From Octopus sinensis (lineage: Eukaryota), in NCBI RefSeq assembly GCF_006345805.1, contig NW_021824721.1, forward strand, positions 1 to 17,875: DNA of 17,875 nucleotides, read 5' to 3'. This document shows, piece by piece, positions 1 through 9,924 of this stretch. Positions within the stretch are counted from its first letter, which is position 1; every line of letters starts with the position of its first letter. The notes under the pieces were generated by a model. That model did no database searches, was not told the DNA's origin, and saw nothing but the letters and a program-made list of their open reading frames with translations. Position numbers and translations under genes: made by a program.

Positions 1-31
1 TGAATCGAATAAATCACAGACATGTATGTAT

Positions 32-382
32 ATTCTTTTACCTTTAACTCATTTCAGTCATTAGATGCAGCCATGCTGGAGCACCGTCTTGAAGAATTTT
101 CAGGTACTTATTCTATCGGTCTCTTTTGCTGAACTGCTACATTATGGAGATGTAAAGCACATCAACACCATTTATCAAGAGGTGGTGGTGGAACAAACAC
201 AGACACACAGACATAGTACATGACAAGCTTCTTTCTGCTTTCTGTCTAAGAAATCCACTCACAAGGCTTTGGTTGGTCTAACGTTATAGAAGAAGACACT
301 TGCCCAAGGTGCCACACAGTGGGACTGAACCTAGAACCATGATGTTGGGAAGCAAGCTTGTTACTACACACCCATGCCTGCA
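32..382 (-). mobile_element. tRNA-derived SINE family A, near full length, old and CpG-decayed
   Basis: The reverse complement aligns along its length to the intact copy at 6275-6684: head GCAGGCATGG...GGTTCAGTCCC, CACCTTGGGCAAGTGTCTTCT, and 3' GCTCCAGCATGG...TGACTGAAA. It may belong to the octopus OK/OR1/OR2 SINEs; the exact family cannot be assigned without a library. Confidence 0.9.
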
Positions 383-681
383 TGTACACACACACACACA
401 CACACAATCACCATCATCATTTCCTTGCTTGCATGACTTGGACAGATTAAATACAAAACTAAATTTTGATTGATGCTCTAACAATTCAGCCAATATATTG
501 TGCGCTTGCATTTGTGTGTGAACGTCTTAAGCAGTCAAACAGTCAGAGTCATTTGTGTATCGGAGATATTGCTGTACTGTAACACCACTACTGAACTGTA
601 ACCAGTCTTGCTTCAACACTATTATCTGCTCTTTGTATCTATTCTCCCTATCTGACTGTCCTGATTATTACATAGAATATA

Positions 682-1068
682 TAAAAGTGAAGTTGTGTGT
701 CTGTCTCCTACGATTTTCGATTCCTAACTACTCCCACATTTTTGCGGTGCAGTTTAACCAATCTTACAGTCGTCATTCATATCGAGCCCTTCTGGGTATT
801 AGCGCACATCTACGATAGCTAACGATTTAAAAAAATAATTACCATCATTTTTTTCCATTTTAATCAAAGCATTTTTTCGCTATTATATAAGGGAAGTAAC
901 TCTCTAAAAATGTCTACGATGATTCAACGATTTAAAAAAAAATTTACCATCATTTTTTTCCATTTTTTGATGCCTTTTTTTTGCCATTTTTTGGCTATAA
1001 CTCTCTAAAATTGCTTATATAGTTATTTCCCTTACAACCCGAACAACGCCGGGCGATACTGCTGCTAG
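682..1068 (+). mobile_element. Non-autonomous Helitron-like element with an internal ~104-bp tandem duplication
   Basis: The 3' end has the hairpin CCCG(1038-1041)-AACAACGC-CGGG(1050-1053), then 11 nt, then CTAG (1065-1068), the typical Helitron terminus. The 5' end is TATAAAA-rich. Internal repeats lie at 809-912 and 913-1013, both starting TCTACGAT. Confidence 0.75.
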
Positions 1069-1091
1069 AGAATATAAATTAAACCTTCATC

Positions 1092-1301
1092 TGAATGTAA
1101 CCTCACTATCGCAGGTATTATGTTCCAAAACCTCCGACAGAAAATAATTTTTAAAATCTTAAAAAATCTAAATACTTATCCACACAGAAACCAGATATAC
1201 TGAGGAGTCCATGATATAAATTGACATATATTAGCCAAAAAAATCTGCAATGTACTGAGTGTTGTGATAGGTGAACTACGATATGGTGAGGAATTATTGT
1301 A
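1092..1301. mobile_element. Degenerate Tc1/mariner (pogo/Tigger-like) MITE
   Basis: The right end reads GATAGGTGAACTACGATATGGTGAGGAATTATTG-TA, and a partial inverted counterpart GTAACCTCACTATCG lies at the left. This is a CpG-decayed form of the pogo-type TACAGTAATCCCTCG terminus with a TA target site. Confidence 0.6.
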
Positions 1302-1450
1302 CTTTGATTTTCCATCTGATGGGTTTCTAATAGATGCTTTATATGTTTTTTGTTGTTTTTTTTATAGATATGTACTCCTTTCTAACTTCTTTTAGGAAAT
1401 CAAACACAGGTAATGGGGAATAAATAATGACAAAACACCAAAGACAAACA

Positions 1451-2000
1451 GCTAGAACATTCGATAATGTAGTCCTAGATACACTATGCCTGAGTAAAAG
1501 ATAGGATGGCTGCAGCTGGAACATCTTTGATTAGAGGTCTGCCTCGATCAGGATTGGCCTGGGGCTAAACAACAACAATTATAGCCACTAATACTAACTA
1601 CTATACTATACATTAGATAATGTAGTCCTAGATACACTATGCCTGAATTATAGATGGGATGGTCATGGCAGGAGCATCTTTGATCATAGGTCTGTCTGGA
1701 TCAGGACTGACCTGGGGCTAAATCGCAACAATAACCACCAATACTAACTCCTGTACTATACATTAGATAATGTAGTCCTAGATACACTATGTCTGAATAA
1801 AAGACGGGATCGTCACAAATCGGAGCATCTTTGAAAGAAAGTACGTAGCTGCTAGAACACATAGCTAAAGCAATCAGATCTTAATATGACAGAACCTATT
1901 GCCTCAAAGAAAGAAAGCATACATATTAGACAATGTTGTCTGGATGGTCATATCTGGAACACTTTTGCTCATAGTTCTACTAGTTCTGGACTGACTTAGG
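1451..2000 (+). repeat. ~150-bp tandem repeat (2.5 units plus one degenerate unit) derived from an interspersed repeat end with an (AAC)n tail
   Basis: CAT(T/A)-GATAATGTAGTCCTAGATACACTATG starts at 1458, 1611 and 1761 (periods 153 and 150). Units 1 and 2 end in CCTGGGGCTAAA-CAACAA. A degenerate, deleted copy lies at ~1924-2000. Confidence 0.85.
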
Positions 2001-2396
2001 TAGTGGTAGGTTTGGGAAAATGTGTACTTCACAGATAGGAACAAAGATGTAAATAAACTCACTCAACCATCTAATTCGCATCAAATATACTGTCAATACT
2101 TTTTGGAAGAGGGATGAATGCCTTCCCTTTCTATTGTGTTCCCTCTAAGTACAGTTTCTTTGTGGTCTGTGAAGTTGAAGGAAATGAACATTTGAGAAGT
2201 CTCTAAAGTGAACTCGAAAGAAGAACATTACAAGAATCACAGCCTCTCATGTAGTTTCAATCGATATATGCCTCTTGAGAAAATACTAAGAGGGAAAAAA
2301 AGAGCATGAAGATTACACTCTCCCAATATCCATCTCCCAAAATGTGTGTGTGTGTGGGGGGGAGAGAGGTACATAGATTAATACACACATGCGTAC

Positions 2397-2399
<3 letters not shown>

Positions 2400-2449
<50 letters not shown>

Positions 2450-2459
2450 GAGAGAGATA
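2400..2459. repeat. (AG)n microsatellite
   Basis: Direct reading of the sequence. Confidence 0.95.
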
Positions 2460-2699
2460 GCTTTGTGCCTAATGGAAAAAAAAACTGATGCTTTAGAAGC
2501 TATTTGAAAGAACCTAGACTCCCTTAGACAAGTTATCAGTGATAGGAATTTTACATAACCGAATTTCCAGTTTTCTTAATTTCCCAGTCCTTAAGTGCTG
2601 CAAGCATTATGGAGAAAACTCCAGGTCACAGCTAATAACTGCAGTGTCAAAACCTATTAAAATCTTGTTTGTTATTTTGTAATATATCTTTTTCTTTTA

Positions 2700-2822
2700 C
2701 TTGTTTCTGATATTAGACTGTGGCTATGCTGGGGAACTGCCTTGAAGAATTGTTAGCTGAATGAATAGACCCCAGTACATATTCTATCAATCTCTTTAGC
2801 TGAACTGCAAAGTTACTGGGGT
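2700..2822 (-). mobile_element. SINE family A, degenerate 3' fragment
   Basis: TTAGACTGTGGCTATGCTGGGG...CCTTGAAG...GACCCCAGTAC...TTCTATC matches the reverse complement of the family A 3' end. Confidence 0.75.
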
Positions 2823-2898
2823 TAAATCAACACTAATTGCCAAGCAGAGGTGGGAAACAAACATAGATACAAAGAACACACACTTATGCATGTGAATG

Positions 2899-2929
<31 letters not shown>

Positions 2930-3183
2930 GGTGGTGGGGTGGGAAACCAGCCACAAGCAAATAATGAGACAATGTAAAACTGAACTAAGCAAAACTGAGT
3001 TTATTGAGCGAGATATCTTTTGAAAAGTCACCTGACAAGGCACATCTGCACCGATGGATGCGCCACAACCAGTTGTACAGTATCTCGCCTGCAAAGAATC
3101 ATAGCAAGATGGGTCGAAACAATCATTGTGATTAATAAAGAATCTCGTGAATTCCATTTTCTCTTTCTTTAGTTTGTTTTTTC

Positions 3184-3203
3184 ATATATATATATATATA
3201 TTG

Positions 3204-3236
<33 letters not shown>

Positions 3237-3268
3237 CATACACACACACATACATACACGCATATATA
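3184..3268. repeat. (TA)n/(CA)n compound microsatellite
   Basis: Direct reading of the sequence. Confidence 0.95.
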
Positions 3269-3458
3269 GTCGCCATGATAGATCGTTAGCCACTACACAC
3301 ATTTTTTTTCTCTCCTTGTTTTTTCTGTGTCCCTTTCTGTAAAAGAGTGTAGGCTCGAAACATAAAAGACTTCTTCTATTCCTGAGCGTTATACTAATAA
3401 TCTGTTTGTTTTGTACACCACCTGTCTTCGTCTTCTGTTTTTTTTCGTAAACTCTCCT
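3269..3458 (+). mobile_element. Probable Penelope-like retroelement terminal (pLTR) fragment with a degenerate hammerhead motif
   Basis: It contains CTTT-CTGTAAAA-GAGT-GTAG-GCTC-GAAAC-ATA-AAAG (3333-3368), the minimal hammerhead layout associated with Penelope-like element ends. It is embedded between (TA)n tracts. The family assignment is by pattern only. Confidence 0.5.
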
Positions 3459-3512
3459 TATTTAAAGATATATATATATATAATATATATATCTACACAC
3501 ACACACAACACA

Positions 3513-3669
3513 ACAGGCTTCTTTCAGTTTCTATCAACTAAAACACTCAAAGGCTTTGGTCAGCCTTAGGCTATAGCAGAAGACATTTGTCCAGATGCCA
3601 TGCAGTGGGACCGAACCCAAGAGCTATGCGGCCAGGAAGCAAATTTCCTACCACACACCCGTGCCTGCA
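3513..3669 (-). mobile_element. SINE family A, 5' half
   Basis: ACAGGCTTCTTTCAGTTT...GGCTATAGCAGAAGAC...GCAGTGGGACCGAACCC...GTGCCTGC is the reverse complement of the family A head. Confidence 0.85.
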
Positions 3670-3869
3670 CCTATTATAAAGTATTCTTTTTTAAATATAT
3701 AAAAAGACGATCAAGTGTATATGTATCTATTATGTAGAATACTTTGGTTAGTGCTGTATTGAAGAATATCATCATTAGGGTCCCTGAATTTTATTCATTT
3801 TATTTTGGCATAATACAATGGTTATTGATCCCTAAATTCTCCAAAGATAGCTAGTCCCAACTAACGTCA

Positions 3870-4075
3870 ACATCATCATAACCAATATCAACACCATTAA
3901 TTTCACCACCACCATCACCATCATCAGAGCCATCAACTTATATCACTAATAACCCTAACCCTAATACCATCATCAACAATACCATCATCAACAATACCAT
4001 CAATGAAACCATCATCATGTGCTTCATCATGATGCAACAACTGATGCAACCATTGACAATAATACAATCCCCACC
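3870..4075. repeat. Degenerate (CAT/CAC/CAA)n low-complexity tract
   Basis: Repeated ACCATCATCAAC-type motifs. Confidence 0.8.
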
Positions 4076-4186
4076 ATTGCTGTTGCTACTACTATTTCTT
4101 TCCCATTGACTTTTCATTGAAATCTTATCTACATTTTGTTGTGTCTAGTGAGAACCATCATGCCAATATAAATAACACACACACTG

Positions 4187-4401
4187 GTAAAAAGCACCAT
4201 TTGAGCGTGGCCGTTGCCAGTAGTACCGCCTGACTGGTCCTCATGCCAGTGGCATGTAAAAGCACACACTACACTCTCGGGGTGGTTGGAGTTAGGGAGG
4301 GCATCCAATTGTAGAAACTCTGCCAGATCAAGAATGGACCCTTGTACAGCCTTCTGGCTTGCCAGCATGGAAAGCAGATGTTAAACAATGATGATGATGA
4401 T
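4187..4401 (+). mobile_element. SINE-like family C, 3' part with a (GAT)n tail
   Basis: It has a duplicated GTAAAA(A)GCAC motif (4187 and 4256), the block GTTAGGGAGGGCATCCAATTGTAGAAAC, and the end GCATGGAAAGCAGATGTTAAACAATGATGATGATGA. This layout is typical of a retroposon 3' end. Confidence 0.65.
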
Positions 4402-4489
4402 TGGTTCAATTCCACTCATTTATTAAATATCAGATTGTTTTCTTTTAGTTTGTCAATTTCTAATTTAGACACAAGGTATGTACTTTTGA

Positions 4490-4668
4490 GGGGAAGGGCA
4501 AGTCGATGTCCTAGACCAGTACTTAACTAGAGTTTTATATTCTATCAACTCTGAAAGGATGAACGGCAAAACTGACTTCAGTGGGATTTTGAACTCAGAA
4601 TGTTAAGAGCCAGAAGAAATAACACAAAGTATTTCATTCCAACACCATAAACTGTGCCAATCTACCCC
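4490..4668 (-). mobile_element. SINE family B (tail variant B2), degenerate
   Basis: GAAAGGATGAACGGCAAAACTGAC...GAACTCAGAA matches the reverse complement of the family B core and B-box. GGGGAAGGGCAAGTCGAT matches the B2 tail. Confidence 0.75.
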
Positions 4669-4682
4669 TAATAATTATAATG

Positions 4683-4875
4683 TGGGCAGGAGGCCAGCAG
4701 ATTCTGAGAAGAAGAGATTAATTAATTATATCTACCTTAATACTACACTAATTCTTTATATTATCAATCCTAGGGGAGTGAAAGGCAAAGTGAATCACGA
4801 CAAGGTTTGAACTCAAAGATCTGAACAAATTTTACAAGGCATTTTCCCAGTGCTTAAAGGATTCTGCCAGTTCCC
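4683..4875 (-). mobile_element. SINE family B (tail variant B2), highly degenerate
   Basis: GAAAGGCAAAGTGAA...TTTGAACTCA...GGCATTTTCCCAGTGCT...ATTCTGCCAG matches the reverse complement of the family B head and core. Confidence 0.65.
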
Positions 4876-4888
4876 AACATTAATACAT

Positions 4889-4941
4889 CTATAATAATAA
4901 TGATGATGATGGTGATGGTGGTGGTGATGATGATGATGATG

Positions 4942-4991
<50 letters not shown>

Positions 4992-5066
4992 AATAATGAT
5001 AATAATAATAACAATAATAATAATAATAATAATAATAATAATTATAACAACAACAACAACAACAAC

Positions 5067-5100
<34 letters not shown>
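4889..5100. repeat. Compound trinucleotide microsatellite (AAT/GAT/GGT/AAC)n
   Basis: Direct reading. This tract is the source of the poly-M/I/T and poly-H/Y ORFs. Confidence 0.97.
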
Positions 5101-5101
<1 letters not shown>

Positions 5102-5484
5102 GATGCAGTGCAGTTTACCTGTAGTAGACATGGGTACCTGCAAGTAACTTTAGAGATGTGCCAGTGATGTCTTGATGCGAACATGACCTAAATTAAGAGA
5201 GACACCACTAAAGCAAGACGGAATGAATGAAATTCTTGCCTGTCAGAAGGAATCATGTCTAACAGCTCTTGGGGTCGGAATAAAATGTAACATTTGTGAA
5301 AAAGCCTTCTCTCTTGCTCTTTCCACCCTTCTCCCCCCCACCCACAGCCTGACTCATACCAAATGTAATTATTGGCTCTTTGAGGAGGAACACTCCAACT
5401 CTCAAGGTAGAGAGAGAGAGAGAGAGAGAAACAAGAATAGAGAGTAACATTAACAATAATCCCTTCTTTCATGACTCATCATTA

Positions 5485-5575
5485 ACTCCATCTCCCTCTC
5501 TTTCTCTTTCTTTCTCTTTCTTTCTATCTCTTTCTTTCCTCCTCTCTTTCTCTTGCTCTCTTTCTCTTTCTTTGA
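5485..5575. repeat. CT-rich simple repeat
   Basis: CTCTTT/CTTT motifs. An (AG)n tract also lies at 5409-5428. Confidence 0.9.
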
Positions 5576-5699
5576 CACTGCAAGCTCTCTGCAAGACATT
5601 TAAATTAGCAATGAATATGAATTAATATTATAACAATCTACTGCTGCCATATTAAAAAGATATAAATACAATGTCTTATAAATATTAAATCTATTATGA

Positions 5700-5930
5700 A
5701 TTTTCTATTATCATTATTGTGATTATTATCATTCTTCTTATTATTATAATCATTCTTATTATTGCTGTCATTTTATTATTATCATTATTATTATTATCAT
5801 AATTATTACCATCATCATTATTGTTGTTATGATTGTTATCATCATCATAATCATTACTTTTATTATTATCAACATCATAATCATTATTATCATTACTATT
5901 ATTGTTATCATCATCATCATCATCATCATT
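5700..5930. repeat. Degenerate (ATT/ATC)n microsatellite
   Basis: Direct reading of the sequence. Confidence 0.93.
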
Positions 5931-5934
5931 AGCC

Positions 5935-6944
5935 TTCTGGAGTCACTTCTCAACTCCAATAGAATTTATTCCTAAAGAGGAAGAAAAAAACGAAACAACA
6001 CACAAAGAACAATCTTCGTCCACACAAAAAAAGTGGAGAGGATAAAAATAAAAGCCACAAGGGAAAAAAAAAACCCACTGGAAATAGACCCTACATCAGT
6101 GCCACTGCCAGAAACACCTGAAACACTACCTCAACCAATAACATCACAAACATGACCCATCCCATATAAACAACAACAACAATAGCAATAGCAGAAAATA
6201 CAATATAAAGACAGTATCATTGCAAACTATATAGCAATAAGGAGAAAACCCCCCAGATTTTATGCATTACATAAGCGCAGGAGTGGCTGTGTTGTAAGTA
6301 GCTTGCTAACCAACCACATGGTTCCAGGTTCAGTCCCACTGCGTGGCATCTTGGGCAAGTGTCTTCTGCTATAGCCCCGGGCCGACCAATGCCTTGTGAG
6401 TGGATTTGGTAGGCGGAAACTGAAAGAAGCCCATCGTATATATGTATATATATATATGTTTGTGTGTATATGTTTGTGTGTCTGTGTTTGTCCCCCCAGC
6501 ATTGCTTGACAACCGATGCTGGTGTGTTTACGTCCCCGTCACTTAGCGGTTCGGCAAAAGAGACCGATAGAATAAGTACTGGGCTTACAAAGAATAAGTC
6601 CCGGGGTCAATTTGCTTGACTAAAGGCGGTGCTCCAGCATGACCGCAGTCAAATGACTGAAACAAGTAAAAGAGTAAAAGAGTACATGAAAATACACACC
6701 AACATAACATAAACAGATTTCATAACACACTCAGTCTCCATACCTACACACAAATCATTTGAACAAACACAAGACACATAGGCATACCGAAAAAGCAAAT
6801 TCCCACAAGTAATCTCAGAGATTTTTAAGGGAACATCAAGTGAATACTTGGTGATCTGTTGATGGAAACATCTCAATCCAATAGGAATCCCCCCCCCCAC
6901 CAAATCCAAGTAAATTTTTCCTTTTCATTCTTATTCTTATTTCA
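5935..6944 (+). mobile_element. Possible decayed ORF1/5' region of the downstream LINE, interrupted by a SINE
   Basis: The sense strand is A/C-rich, with P/T/E/K-rich broken frames (PLEIDPTSVPLPETPETLPQPITSQT), directly upstream of the ORF2 remnant. No diagnostic motif was found. Confidence 0.3.
6275..6684 (+). mobile_element. tRNA-derived SINE family A, full length and young
   Basis: It has an A-box-like TGGCTGTGTTG, a B-box-like GGTTCAGTCCC, the CTTGGGCAAGT block, a central (TA)/(TG) tract and a 3' tail of (AAAAGAGT)2. CpGs are largely intact. Confidence 0.95.
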
Positions 6945-7940
6945 ATGATAAGGCCATACTCAGAATAGGCAGCACGAATGCATGTGGCCTGGGGTTGTCC
7001 TGGAGACATGGTCACTCGCTCAACAACCTAAGGTCACTGAATGCTCATGTGGTGGCCATTAGTGAGACCAGAACTTCTGAGCCAGGAATTTCAAACTCAT
7101 TTTCAGAGACTATGAGATGTACTCATCTGCAAGTTGTCTGAGAAGCATTATTTTTCAGAAGAATTTGGCTCCCATAATACGGCCCAAAAAGTAAGTCAGT
7201 GGTGCTGGGTGTAACCAACACTGAAGGACATACTTTCAAGCTAGCTGCCATCTCTGCCCTGACAGGGACAGGATGACCAGATTTCTTCAGGCATCTGGAA
7301 ACTTTGCTGGGAACATTTCACTTTTTAGTGTTAGTTGGAGACTGAAACAGGATCTTAGATGCATGGTGGGACTGTGTTGGGTCAGCAGACAGTTCAATGG
7401 GTTGCAAAAGCCCCGCAAGCCTGCTCAGACAATTCCCACGGCCTGACAGGTATTGACTGAATTTCCCTGATGTGCCAGTGTGGACCTGGTCAAACTGCAT
7501 CAGGTCATACCGATCATATCTAGATAGGGTATTCTGTAGAGAAGCAGATAAGGACAGCATAGGTTGTCAGCTACACAGACCACAAATTTGTGATCTGTAC
7601 AGTCAACATAGATAGGCTCCATAGACAGGACCAAGTTACTGGAAGGTGAATGCATCCTTGCCAACATGCAAAGCTTTCAGAAACAAATTAGTGAATTGGT
7701 TAAGCAGGTGTTAATGAGAGCAATCATTAACAATAAATGGTGGTTTGCCCTTGCTAAACTTTATCAATTAGAATAGAACTGATAAGGTTTAACAAAGGAC
7801 CAGCAGTAGAAAGGAACATAATCGAGAGCTGGTCAGGAAGTTAGTTAAGGCATTTAGAAAGGGCACTGCAACCAATTCAAGGCAAAACATGAAGGCTGCA
7901 TTGTCAGAGCTAAGGTGCATGCTCTTATACATGAAGGGAC
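6945..7940 (+). mobile_element. Decayed L1/Tx1-clade LINE ORF2: APE endonuclease and linker, with stops and frameshifts
   Basis: Manual translation across frameshifts gives ordered APE motifs: RIGSTNACGL (from 6962), AHVVAISET, LVLVGD*N, WTWSN, SYLDRVF, YTDHKFV. These are followed by the L1/Tx1 linker motifs PSYWKVNASL and EGCIVRAK. No RT domain is visible. Confidence 0.85.
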
Positions 7941-8190
7941 GGAAACTGAGTGGAATTGGTAGTTGTCTATGTGTGTGTTTTTGTGTTTGCATCCACCCCA
8001 CTACCACCACTTGACAACCTGCATTGTTTTGTTTATGTCCCTGTAACTTAGTAGTTTTCCAAAGGAGATGAATGACAGAATAAGTACCAATCTTATAGGA
8101 ACAATTTGTTTGATTAAGACCCTTCAAGATGGTGTCTCAGCATGGTCACAGTAAAATGACTGAAAGAAGTAGACAATAAGAGATAAAGAT
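7938..8190 (+). mobile_element. SINE family A, degenerate 3' half
   Basis: GACGGAAACTGA...CTTGACAACC...GTAACTTAG...AGAATAAGTACC...CAGCATGGTCACAG...ATGACTGAAA. Confidence 0.85.
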
Positions 8191-8955
8191 TTTAACAGGC
8201 ATCTTTAGTTTTGTTTGTTCTGGAAGTGAGCAAGAAGCAAGAGCAAAAATTAACAGAAGAGTGAGGGAAGTATGTTAGCAGCCCCCACCCTTCAATAAAA
8301 CAACAATGAAAAAGAAAACTCTCACCTCTCACTTCAAGAGTCTATGAGAGTAGCAAACATTACAGTTGCTATCACCATCAACAGCAACACCTGCATTATA
8401 TTGAAGATGGTGATTTAGTATTAGTACTTTTAAGGATGGGGAGGGGGGCATGTGCAGTAACAGGCTGCATCTGCCATGCGTTGGCGATTCCCTACTATTC
8501 CTGGCAAATGACACCTTTGCACCACTTAGACAACAATCCTCCAGCCCAAGGGTTTGTTTGGGTAGCTGTTACTGGTAAGGGTTTCTCTGAGGTCAGAGTA
8601 CAAATCCAACCTCAGCATCTTTTAGTTGCCTTTTCCAACATGCAGAGGAAGCATCAGGGCTGTTCATGGACATACTGGTCCCTACACAGCATAAGACAGT
8701 GATGCTGACATTAAAAATAAATTAGCAGTATTTTAGTGTCTTCCATAGATGTCATGAAGTAAAAACAACAAGAGTAGCAACAACATGTATCACCACCACA
8801 GCTGCTGCTGCCACCACCACAAATATTACCAGTTCCTATATGAATAACTGCAAATTACCCCTCAAAAAGTTATCACTTAAGCATATAACTTCCTGGAAAG
8901 AATATTTGGAATAATGGAAGTATGAGCACTGAGAGGAAGAATGTTGGGCAGGTTT

Positions 8956-9924
8956 AATACCTATTTCTTTACTGCCCACAAGGGGCTACACACAGAGGGG
9001 ACAAACAAGGACAGACAAACGGATTAAGTCGATTATATCGACCCTGTGCATAACTGGTACTTATTTAATCGACCCCGAAAGGATGAAAGGCAAAGTCGAC
9101 CTCAGTGGAATTTGAACTCAGAATGTAAAGACAGACGAAATACCTATTTCTTTACTGCCCACAAGGGGCTACACACAGAGGGGACAAACAAGGACAGACA
9201 AACGGATTAAGTCGATTATATCGACCCTGTGCATAACTGGTACTTATTTAATTGACCCCGAAAGGATGAAAGGCAAAGTCGACCTCAGTGGAATTTGAAC
9301 TCAGAATGTAAAGACAGGCGAAATACCTATTTCTTTACTGCCCACAAGGGGCTACACACAGAGGGGACAAACAAGGACAGACAAACGGATTAAGTCGATT
9401 ATATCGACCCTGTGCATAACTGGTACTTATTTAATCGACCCCGAAAGGATGAAAGGCAAAGTCGACCTCAGTGGAATTTGAACTCAGAATGTAAAGACAG
9501 ACGAAATACCTATTTCTTTACTGCCCACAAGGGGCTAAACACAGAGGGGACAAACAAGGACAGACAAACGGATTATTCGATTATATCGCCCCCAGTGTGT
9601 AACTTGTTCTTAATTTATCGACCCCGAAAGGATGAAAGGCAAAGTCGACCTCAGTGGAATTTGAACTCAGAACGTAACGGCAGACAAAATACCTATTTCT
9701 TTACTGCCCACAAGGGGCTACACACAGAGGGGACAAACAAGGACAGACAAACGGATTAAGTCGATTATATCGACCCTGTGAGTAACTGGTACTTATTTAA
9801 TCGACCCCGAAAGGATGAAAAGCAAAGTTGACTTCGGCGTAATTTGAACTCAGAACATAGTGGTAGACAAAATACAGCTAAGCATTTCACCCGGTGTGCT
9901 AACGATTCTGCCAGCTCGCTGCCT
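8956..9924 (-). mobile_element. Tandem array of SINE family B (tail B1): one headed copy plus four head-truncated copies, 183-bp period
   Basis: Units start AATAC at 8956, 9139, 9322, 9505 and 9688; the fifth ends at 9870. A single tRNA-like head occupies 9871-9924. The array is flanked by TAATACC at 8955-8961 and 9928-9934. A monomer of the same family lies at 16776-17007. Confidence 0.95.

Noticed and set aside
2822-3157. 111-aa Cys-rich ORF, and a KSHLTRH zinc-finger-like peptide on the opposite strand (~3008-3050)
   Set aside because: There is no splice context or recognisable domain. The ORF ends in a microsatellite, and the finger-like peptide lacks its CxxC half and is preceded by stops.
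3951-3964. (CCCTAA)2 telomere-like motif
   Set aside because: Only two units are present, inside a low-complexity tract.
4813-5184. ORFs with poly-H/C/Y and poly-M/I/T runs
   Set aside because: They are translations of trinucleotide microsatellites. The same applies to 5768-5959 and 14115-14387.
6275-6345. tRNA genes at SINE heads
   Set aside because: A/B-box-like motifs are present, but they continue into SINE bodies and no complete cloverleaf is evident.
6260-6502. 80-aa ORF nearly identical to part of the 15464-15844 ORF, which looks like a gene duplicate
   Set aside because: Both are antisense translations of SINE family A, as are 284-511, 7789-8127 (in part), 11300-11527 and 16085-16625.
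8199-8269. Possible 71-nt plus-strand exon ending at GTATGT
   Set aside because: The acceptor lacks a pyrimidine tract (it is a SINE tail), and the peptide is unrecognisable.
8436-8702. 88-aa ORF, and a minus-strand EQP*CFLC motif resembling a LINE ORF1 zinc knuckle
   Set aside because: The knuckle is incomplete and there are no supporting motifs. The signal is too weak to call.
9412-9759. ORF with an internally repeated 61-aa peptide
   Set aside because: It results from the 183-bp (divisible by 3) SINE tandem period.
8956-9924. CRISPR-like or retrozyme array
   Set aside because: There are no unique spacers, the context is eukaryotic, and no CUGANGA/GAAA core was found in the unit.
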